Assembly: GCA_965206285.1 (NCBI GenBank)
Contig: OZ242205.1
Span: forward strand, 130,149 to 194,148
Length of the DNA stretch: 64,000 nucleotides
Reading direction: 5' to 3'
DNA from: Vicinamibacterales bacterium
GTDB lineage: Bacteria; Acidobacteriota; Vicinamibacteria; Vicinamibacterales; UBA8438
Shown: positions 57,339 through 64,000 of the stretch, in pieces
How positions within the stretch are numbered: the first letter of the stretch is position 1
How the letters are laid out: the number at the start of each line of letters is the position of its first letter
The notes under the pieces: generated by a model
What the model saw: the letters and a program-made list of their open reading frames with translations, nothing else
What the model was told of the DNA's origin: nothing
Databases searched by the model: none
Program-made: the position numbers and the translations under genes

Positions 57339-57371
57339 GCCCTGATGTTCTCTATATGAGAACATCAGGGC
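57339..57371. promoter_or_regulatory. palindromic operator candidate overlapping the toxin start codon
   Basis: GCCCTGATGTTCTC-tatat-GAGAACATCAGGGC, with perfect 14-bp arms. ATG 57356 spans the spacer and the right arm. Confidence 0.5.
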
Positions 57372-57643
57372 GCAGAGCCGGGCCATTGAGAATCCAGTGG
57401 ACGACCAGGGCAGTCCGGGACATGCGCCGCCTCGCCGGTTCGGAGCGCAGGAGAATAGTGGCCAAGGTCGAGCAGTACGCCGAAGATCCAACATCGCTTG
57501 CCAACAAGGTGATCCAACTCGTTGGCGGCACGTATCGGCGGTTGAGGGTGGGCGACTATCGGGTCCTGTTCATGATGGAACGCGGCACAGCCGTCGTCAT
57601 GGTCGTGGTGAGAGTGCGGCACCGGAGGGAAGCATATGACTGA
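57356..57643 (+). CDS. type II toxin, RelE/ParE superfamily
   Basis: 95 aa. ...RLRVGDYRVLFMMERGTAVVMVVVRVRHRREAY is a typical RelE-fold C-terminus. Confidence 0.8.
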   Translation: MRTSGRRAGPLRIQWTTRAVRDMRRLAGSERRRIVAKVEQYAEDPTSLANKVIQLVGGTYRRLRVGDYRVLFMMERGTAVVMVVVRVRHRREAYD

Positions 57644-57974
57644 GACCGACTCGGTCACGCTGACGCGGCTGGAATACGATGCACTGATTGCCCGTACCGA
57701 GGAGCTGGAGGACGCGTTGGCCGCCCGGATAGCCGATGACGGCAGCCGGATCCCGCACGCGGTGGCGCTGGCGATCATGGATGGCGCGCGGCCCGTCGTG
57801 GCGTTCAGGCGACATCGCGGCCTGACGCTCCGCGATCTGGCGGCTCGGACGGGGCTCGCTGTCGGTTACCTGTCCGAGATCGAACGCGGCCTGAAACCGG
57901 GATCGGCGAGCGCGCTGTCGCGAATCGCCGCCGCAATCGGGACCACGATCGACGCGCTGGTCCGACTGGATTGA
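57636..57974 (+). CDS. XRE-family HTH antitoxin
   Basis: ATG 57636 overlaps the toxin stop by 8 nt. RRHRGLTLRDLAARTGLAVGYLSEIERG is a Cro/C1 HTH. Toxin-first order as in HigBA-type modules. Confidence 0.8.
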   Translation: MTETDSVTLTRLEYDALIARTEELEDALAARIADDGSRIPHAVALAIMDGARPVVAFRRHRGLTLRDLAARTGLAVGYLSEIERGLKPGSASALSRIAAAIGTTIDALVRLD

Positions 57975-57979
57975 AGCCG

Positions 57980-58172
57980 CGCGCCCCACGAGCGCTCAAT
58001 GACGTCCATCAGTGTGCCTGAGACTACGAGACGCTCGACAGGGACCGGGTGCGGGGCGCGTCGTCGAAGCGGCTGCTCACTGACCTCGTGTCCCTCGTCG
58101 ACTCTCGTCCCAACGGCGCGCATCCGACGCCCCAGCCGCGGCTTCGGCTCGAAACCGGACAGACCGTGTCAC
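57980..58172 (-). pseudogene. eroded ParE/RelE-type toxin remnant
   Basis: From GTG 58172 (GTGA overlap with the antitoxin stop) it reads VTRSVRFRAEAAAGASDARRWDESRRG... and stops after 31 codons. Further ParE-like pieces (SRFDDA...) occur only in other frames. Confidence 0.45.
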
Positions 58173-58396
58173 CGGCCACCCAGAAGCTGACGACGTACCT
58201 CGTTCCAGGGAATCGCCGAGGCGGGGTCTTCAAGATGTGCCGCCCAGCGCCGGTCCAACTCCATCTCCTGCTCCGGGGTGAGGACGAGCTCCGCATCGCG
58301 CTCGGCGTCGGTGAGACTATCCCACAACGCCATCGCAATTGCGGCCCGTTCCGAAGCGGGAAGCTTGAGCAATGCCGAGACCGGCGTCGCTGGCAT
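58169..58396 (-). CDS. addiction-module antitoxin (TIGR02574-type)
   Basis: 75 aa. LPASERAAIAMALWDSL...LTPEQEMELDRRWAAHLEDP...IPWNEVRRQL. Confidence 0.75.
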   Translation of the reverse strand: MPATPVSALLKLPASERAAIAMALWDSLTDAERDAELVLTPEQEMELDRRWAAHLEDPASAIPWNEVRRQLLGGR

Positions 58397-59218
58397 GACT
58401 CGATCCTCTCACTCCTGGGCCTTGACGGCAAGGCCTTGACCACTCGGCCGACTGAATCCCCCGACAGCGCGCTTGCCGTAGACTGACTCCTGCAGCAGGA
58501 TTTCCCGCATGGCCAAGAGACCGATGTCGACAGCCGCAGACCGCGTCTCGATCAGCCAGCCCGGCAACAGGAACGTGCGGCCGCCGACGGAAGGCGGATC
58601 CGCCAGCACGAGCGTCGCCACCCACGGCAGCCCTGTGCGAACTTGATCCTCGGATGTAGCACGCCCAGGAAGCTGATGAGTTGGTCGACACAGTCTGCGC
58701 GGCCCGCTGCAGCCGGCAGCCACGCCTCGACCTCGGGCTGCAATGCGAGGGGCTCCCACCATGGAATCGGGGTCTTTGGTTACCGGGTAGAAGCGAGAAA
58801 ATCCGCGAAGTGGTGTGCAGGTTCGGTGGGTGTCAACGGCCGTCGAAAAGTGACGTATTCTCGACAACCGTCGGTGCGATCGAGTCCAGCATCGGATCTC
58901 TTCCTGGAGATTGATGGGGAGGAAGATGCTGGCTGTGGGCGCTGTGGGAAACCGCGTTCTTCGCGGTTTTCCAAGCTCCCTGTGGGCGCGCTCTTTGCGT
59001 CCATGGGGAGCGTCGGCGTCCATGGCCCCGGCGTTGGCCGCCAGCGCTGCGTTCGGGTAGCGTAGAGAGCGGACTCAGACGTGGGGTGAGGGCCCGGTTG
59101 TACCCCAACCGGACCCTCGTGACCGCCCCGAGCTCCGACAGACCGAGCCGGTCGCTGCTGTTGTGCCACGGTTCAGGTCCGTTGTCCAGTCGGAGATCGC
59201 CCCGCGCGCTCCGACGCC

Positions 59219-59692
59219 GTGGACCAGCCCCTCCGACAGCGAGCCTGCCGTCAGTGCAGCCGTCCCTTCGCCGTCTGCGCGGCGTGTGACCGCGGTCATG
59301 CCTACTGCACGCCGCCGTGCCGGACGGCCGCTCGGCGCCGGTCCGTTCGGGCCGCCAACGCCCGTCATCAGCGCAGTCCGGAAGGACGTCTCGACCACCG
59401 CGACCGTCAACGCGCCTACCGCGCCCGCCGCCGCGTGACGGATCACACTTCCCCCGCATCCCGGCCATCGGACAGACTCCCCGTCCCTGACGCCGTCCCG
59501 GTTCCCGCACCCGCGCGGTGCGTGGTCTGCGGCCGGTCAAGCCGGTGGCTGACCCCGATGCGGGAGCCTCGCGCCGTGCGGGGAAGGAGGGACGATGATC
59601 ACGCCCGCGCAACGCGCCGAGATCCGGCGCCTGTACTACGGCGAGCACTGGAAGCTCGGGACCATCGCGGCCCAACTCGGCCTCCACCGTGA
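59219..59692 (+). CDS. Cys/Arg-rich accessory ORF inside the IS
   Basis: GTG 59219. CRQCSRPFAVCAACDRGHAYCTPPC...RCVVCGR. Overlaps the istA start. Coding status is uncertain. Confidence 0.35.
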   Translation: MDQPLRQRACRQCSRPFAVCAACDRGHAYCTPPCRTAARRRSVRAANARHQRSPEGRLDHRDRQRAYRARRRVTDHTSPASRPSDRLPVPDAVPVPAPARCVVCGRSSRWLTPMREPRAVRGRRDDDHARATRRDPAPVLRRALEARDHRGPTRPPP

Positions 59693-61096
59693 GACGGTTC
59701 GCGCCGCCGTCGAGCACGAGTCGGGAGCCGGCCGCCGCGGCGTGTATCGACCCAGCGCCCTCGACCCCTATCTGCCGTTCATCCGCGACACCCTGGCCCA
59801 GTACCCCAGCCTCCGCGCCACCCGCATCCACGAGATGGTCCGCCAGCGCGGCTATCCCGGTTCGGTCAACCAACTCCGACGCATCGTCAAGCGCCTGCGG
59901 CCCGAGACCGGCCGGACCGTCTACCGTCGGGTCGTCACCCTGGTCGGCGAGTCGGCGCAGGTCGACTGGGGCTCCTTCGGCAAGGTCCGCATCGGACACG
60001 GCACACGCGCCGTCTCCGGATTCGTCATGGTCCTCGGCTACTCGCGCGCCATCGCCGCCCTCTTCACCCTCGACCAGACCCTCGAGAGCTTCCTCCGCGG
60101 ACACGTCGAAGCCTTCAAGGCCCTGGGCGGGACCGCCCGCACGCTCGTGTACGACAACCTCGAAGCGCCGTCCTCGACCGCCGCGGCGCCGCCGTCCAGT
60201 TCCACCCCCGCCTGCTCGAGCTCGCCGGCCACTACCACTTCGCCCCCCGACCCTGCACACCGGGACGCGGAAATGAGAAGGGGAAAATCGAACGGCAGAT
60301 CCAATACCTACGCCACGCCTTCTTCGCCGCCCGGCCCTTCCGCGACCTCGACGACCTCAACGCCCAGTTTCGACGCTGGCGAGACGACGTCGCCCACCAA
60401 CGGCGCCACCCCGAGCAACCCGACCGTACCGTCGCCGAGGTCTGGGCCGACGAGAAGCCCCGCCTGCTCCCGCTCCCCGCCCATCCCTTCGAGACCGAAC
60501 TCGTGCGCGTCGTCCGCTCCGGCAAGACCCCCTACGTCCGCTTCGACCGCAATCTCTACTCCATCCCCCACACCCACGTCCGCAAGCCCCTGACCCTGCT
60601 CGCCAGCGACACCCGAGTCCGCATCCTTGACCAGCAGACCGAGCTCGCCCGCCATCGCCGCACCTACGACACCGCACAGACCGTCGAAGACCCCGCGCAC
60701 CTGGAAGGCCTGCTCGCCGCCACCCGCCAGGCCAACGTCCACACCACCCGCGACCGGCTCCGCGTCGCCGTCCCCGCCACCGCCGCCCTCTTCGAGCGCC
60801 TCGCAGAACGCGGCGAGGCGCTACGACCGCATGCCACCCGGCTGCTCGCCCTGCTCGACGACTACGGGCCGCAGGAGCTCGCCGCCGCCGTCGACGACGC
60901 CCTCCAACGAGACGCCCTCGGCGCCGGCTCCATCACACACATCCTCGAGACGCGCCGCCGACAGCGCGGACTCAAACCGCCGCTCCGGCTAACCCTGCCC
61001 GACCGACCGGGGCTGCGAGACCTCGACGTCCGGCCCCATGACCTGGAGACCTACGATGCCCTCGGACGAAACACCCCCGACGACGCTGCAGACTGA
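59595..61096 (+). pseudogene. istA: IS21 transposase IstA interrupted by one frameshift
   Basis: HTH and DDE regions are in frame up to VYDNL (about 60161). The continuation RSAVLDRRGAAVQFHPRLLELAGHYHF...GNEKGKIERQ... up to stop 61096 lies in the -1 frame. Confidence 0.8.
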
Positions 61097-61907
61097 TCTC
61101 CGCCGACTCGGATTCAATCGCACCGCCGACGACCTCAACGACCTCGTCGCCACCGCCACCCGCAAACGCTGGAGCACGACCGTGATGCTCGAACACATCG
61201 CCCGCGCCGAGCTCGAAGACCGACAGCGCCGCAGCGTCGAGCGCCGACTCACCTGCGCACGCCTCGGACGCTTCAAGCCCCTCGCCGACTGGGACTGGGA
61301 CTGGCCCACCGCCTTCGACCGACCAGCCCTCGAACGCATCCTCACCCTCGACTTCCTCGCCCGCGGCGAGAACGTCATCCTCGTCGGGGCCCAGGGCCTC
61401 GGTAAGACCATGCTCGCCAAGAACGTCGCCCACCAAGCCATCCTCGCCGGACACTCCGCCCTCTTCACCACCGCCGCCGACCTCCTGCTCGATCTCAACG
61501 GACAGGAAACCGCCCGCGCCCTCGAACGACGCCTCCGACACTACACGCGGCCATCACTACTCGTGGTCGATGAGGTCGGCTTTCTCGCCTACGACGCACG
61601 GGCCGCCGACCTGCTCTTTCAACTCGTCAGCCGCCGCTACGAGCACCGGTCCCTGCTCATCACCACCAACCTGCCGTTCAAGCACTGGGACACCGTCTTC
61701 CCCAACGCCTCGTGCGCCGTAGCTCTGATCGATCGCCTGACCCACCACGTCGAGATCCTCGTCGTCGAAGGCCGCAGCTATCGCCGGCGCGAGGCCGAGC
61801 TCACCCAGCAGCAGCGCAAACGCCGTCGCCGCTCAGACCCCAGCCATGACGACGACCCGCCACCGCGTCGTCGTCAACGGGGTCCGTCGACGAGTGTCGA
61901 GAAATGA
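61056..61907 (+). CDS. istB: IS21 helper ATPase IstB
   Basis: ATG 61056 overlaps the end of istA. Walker A GAQGLGKT, Walker B LLVVDEVG. Confidence 0.9.
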   Translation: MPSDETPPTTLQTDLRRLGFNRTADDLNDLVATATRKRWSTTVMLEHIARAELEDRQRRSVERRLTCARLGRFKPLADWDWDWPTAFDRPALERILTLDFLARGENVILVGAQGLGKTMLAKNVAHQAILAGHSALFTTAADLLLDLNGQETARALERRLRHYTRPSLLVVDEVGFLAYDARAADLLFQLVSRRYEHRSLLITTNLPFKHWDTVFPNASCAVALIDRLTHHVEILVVEGRSYRRREAELTQQQRKRRRRSDPSHDDDPPPRRRQRGPSTSVEK

Positions 61908-61955
61908 TCAATTCTTGAGGGTGGCCAACAGTGGGCACCTGCCGATACGTAGGGC

Positions 61956-62905
61956 GTGGCTCGCGAGAGCGGCGGACGCGGCGGTTCGGGGGTACCCCGG
62001 CGAGAGCAGGATTCGCGGGACAAGCGTATCGGGGAGCTCGAGCGTGAGAACGCCAAGCTGAGCGAGGACTTGGCGCGCACCACCCGCGACCGAGACCGGT
62101 GGAAGCGTTGTAGCGAACACCTCAAGAAGCAACTCGACGACGCGCGCCGCGCAGGGCGACGGCAAGCCGCGCCCTTCGCCAAGGACCGGCCGCAAGGGCA
62201 GAGCGGGCGCCCTGGCCGCCGGCCCGGTGCACGGTACGGCCGGCAGGGCTGCCGCCCACGCCCGGCGGGGGTCGACGAGACCCACAGGGCGCCAGCGCCG
62301 ACGGCGTGTCCCGACTGCGGCGGCGCCGTTGAGGTGACCCGCGTGGCCTCGCAGTATCAGGAAGAGCTCCCGAAGGTGCAACCCATCGTGCGTCGCTTCG
62401 ACATCGAGGTCGGCCGCTGCTCGCAGTGCCGGCGGCGCGTGCAAGGGCGCCACCGCCTTCAGACCTCCGATGCGCTCGGGGCGGCCGCGGTGCAGCTCGG
62501 CCCCGGGCTGGCCTCGCTCGTCGTCGAGTTGCACACCGAGATGGGTGTGCCGCTGGCCAAGGTCGTTGGCCTGCTGCGGACCAGGCTCGGCGTGCAGGTC
62601 ACCACGGGCGGCCTCGTCCGTCTGCTGCAGCGAACCGCCCGCGACGCCACGCCGGTCTACCGGGAACTCTGCCGGCAGGTCCGCGACGCGCCGGTGGTCA
62701 CGCCGGATGAAACGGGCTGGCGCGTCGACGCACCCCTACAGCCCCTGGGGCCCGAAGGTCAAGGCCGTCCTCCAGACCGGCCTCGACGTGCGGGACCGCT
62801 GCCGGAACGGCGAGCTGACCCGGCACGGTCTCGACTCGCTCCGCGGCCGACTCGAGGCCCGGCTCGGTCGACCAGCGGGAGTATTGGCGACGACGTGTCC
62901 GCGCA
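61956..62905 (+). pseudogene. IS66-family transposase remnant
   Basis: Coiled coil IGELERENAKLSEDL, zinc finger CPDCGG...CSQCRR, first DDE Asp in TPDETGWRV. The frame breaks at about 62725. A later C-terminal-like piece (GLDSLRGRLEARLGRP) lies in another frame. No tnpA/tnpB. Confidence 0.65.
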
Positions 62906-62914
62906 GCCAAACTC

Positions 62915-63620
62915 GTAAGAGACGTTGGGCGTACTCGCTGGACCGCCATGGAGCTTGGTCTTCGAGCAACAGCGTGATGATCGGCTCGACGGCGATGACG
63001 TCCACGATGCCGTCGTCCTCGCCAAGCCGCTGGTCGACCAAGCGGGCGAGCCGTCCCAGGCCGGCGGCGTCAGCGGCGAGGAGTTCGGGCCACGCGTCCC
63101 GGAGCACTGCGCTGGGATTCGCGAGTGTGAGCAGGGCTTCGCCAGGAACGTCGCCCCAGCGGGCCCCATGACCTGCGTCGACGAGGGCGTCGAATGGCGC
63201 CTGGAGCTTGGTGAACCTGTTCCGCAACGGAGTAGCGGCGGTGTCCGACTCCGCCAACAAAACCTGACACGAGAGTCGTGCGGCCGAGAGGGACCAGCGC
63301 GGAGCTCCGACCATCCTGATCTTCGAAGCCGGCCCTCTGTCCGGCAGCAGGAGCCGGGCGACCGCGTAGCGGCGGACTTCGTCGTGTGCGAACTCGGGAC
63401 CGATCTTGAACGGGGCGTCACGCGACGTCGCCAGCAACCCGTCTTGACGCAACCCGGCGAGCGCGGTGGCATCGAGCCAAGTGGTGACCTCGAGCCTTTC
63501 GATGTCGCCGCCGTCGCTGAGCGCGAGACGGGCCAACTCGAGGAGCACCGCCTCCCGCGCATGCGGAGCCCCACTGTCAGACACCTCGCGCCGACGAACG
63601 AGTCGGGACCACACCCCTTT
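62915..63620 (-). pseudogene. internal fragment of a larger unknown gene (both ends missing)
   Basis: A helical Leu/Ala-rich reading (...AVLLELARLALSDGGDIERLEV...LLTLANPSAVLRDAWPELLAADAAGLGRLARLVDQRLG...RLLRVWLRG). It has no plausible start and runs into the IS66 remnant. Confidence 0.4.
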
Positions 63621-63633
63621 ACACGCGAGCCAA

Positions 63634-63777
63634 GTGCTGGAGCGCGATTTGCCGCCGGACTCCACCGTCGATGACGCCATCGCACGTCTGGTCGTCCTCG
63701 AGAAGATCGAGAAGGGGCTGGCCCAGCTCGATCGCGGCGAGGGCATTCCGCACGACGAGGTCAAGCGGCGGCTGTGA
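63634..63777 (+). CDS. small ORF upstream of hsdM (antitoxin/regulator-like C-terminus)
   Basis: GTG 63634, 47 aa ...DDAIARLVVLEKIEKGLAQLDRGEGIPHDEVKRRL. Its stop overlaps the hsdM GTG. It may be 5'-truncated. Confidence 0.3.
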   Translation: MLERDLPPDSTVDDAIARLVVLEKIEKGLAQLDRGEGIPHDEVKRRL

Positions 63778-64000
63778 GCGACACCGCGAACCGGATCGTC
63801 CAGAAGCTCTGGTCGTACTGCCACGTCCTGCGTGACGACGGGCTGTCCTACCAGGACTACCTGGAGCAGCTCACGTTCCTGCTGTTCCTGAAGATGGCCG
63901 ACGAGCGCACACGGCTCACCGGCGATCCGCAGCCGATCCCGGCCGGCTACCGCTGGGCGAACCTGGCGTCGCCGACGATGGAAGGCGCGGAGCTGGATCG
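63774..64000 (+). CDS. hsdM: type I restriction-modification methyltransferase HsdM (5' part, runs off window)
   Basis: Read by eye from GTG 63774: VSDTANRIVQKLWSYCHVLRDDGLSYQDYLEQLTFLLFLKMADER..., the classic HsdM N-terminal domain. Confidence 0.8.
   Translation, partial: MSDTANRIVQKLWSYCHVLRDDGLSYQDYLEQLTFLLFLKMADERTRLTGDPQPIPAGYRWANLASPTMEGAELD

Larger units (their letters stand above)
59159..61930 (+). mobile_element. IS21-family insertion sequence
   Basis: Imperfect terminal IRs: 59159 TGTTGTGCCACGGTTCAGG... versus the reverse complement of 61930, TGTTGGCCACCCTCAAG... (about 18 of 28 by eye). Contains istA and istB. No clean target duplication. Confidence 0.65.

Noticed and set aside
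59151-59158. Target-site duplication for the IS21 element
   Set aside because: The left flank GTCGCTGC and the right flank GTGGGCAC (61931-61938) do not match. No direct repeat of 4-8 bp could be placed at the inferred ends.
59595-60593. 332-aa ORF as an intact short transposase
   Set aside because: After VYDNL (about 60161) this frame gives Ser/Pro/Thr-rich sequence unlike IstA. The conserved continuation lies in the -1 frame, so I called it a frameshifted istA instead.
62925-63674. 249-aa plus-strand ORF
   Set aside because: It is rich in R/E/G/P with no helical or domain-like pattern. The opposite strand gives a much more protein-like Leu/Ala-rich reading. I treated it as the antisense shadow of a gene fragment.
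1-64000. rRNA, tRNA, tmRNA or riboswitch-like elements
   Set aside because: I inspected every intergenic spacer by eye and saw no T-loop/acceptor-like tRNA features, no rRNA-like stretches and no familiar riboswitch cores. This is not a computational scan, so short ncRNAs could be missed.

Overview
Very GC-rich (judged by eye, not computed) chromosomal segment of a diderm bacterium. It carries BamA, Lol and lipid A genes. I cannot assign a phylum from sequence alone. The GC bias fills the six-frame track with long overlapping spurious ORFs, so I chose frames by protein families I recognise and by start/stop junction logic. From 1 to 37.4 kb there is an almost unbroken plus-strand run of housekeeping operons: methylmalonyl-CoA epimerase, MTAP, a PfkB kinase, small membrane proteins, crotonase-ribH-nusB, lysS, lolCE-lolD, clpC, and bamA-skp-(fabZ::lpxA fusion)-lpxI-oxidoreductase. 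Next comes a futalosine-route menaquinone operon (cluster-less MqnE-like protein, mqnA, mqnC, amidohydrolase, UbiA-type prenyltransferase, ubiX, ubiE). It is followed by a TonB-like gene, miaA, a dGTPase-like gene, yceD-rpmF-fabD-fabG-acpP-fabF, etfBA plus ETF-QO, and DUF374. From 37.5 to 57.3 kb the content looks accessory. It holds a tannase-family esterase, a LOG-family protein, a lone rfbB, and two divergent paralogous exported proteins of unknown function. It also holds a DUF1592-type cytochrome c / DUF1552 (HXXSHH, Tat) pair, a secreted ankyrin protein and an LLM oxidoreductase. Further along are a secreted Ig-like protein next to a heme-c-fused PHM/DBH-like copper monooxygenase candidate, an sGDH-CMD-CMD fusion and a GNAT. 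From 57.3 to 64 kb there is a decayed mobile/defence patch: a RelE-XRE toxin-antitoxin pair with an operator palindrome, an orphan antitoxin with an eroded ParE, an IS21-family element with a frameshifted istA, an IS66 remnant, a doubly truncated gene fragment, and the 5' end of a type I R-M hsdM. I saw no rRNA, tRNA or CRISPR array. The least explained signal is two families of hairpin-forming repeats of about 65-85 bp. They occupy about ten intergenic sites, often directly after stop codons.
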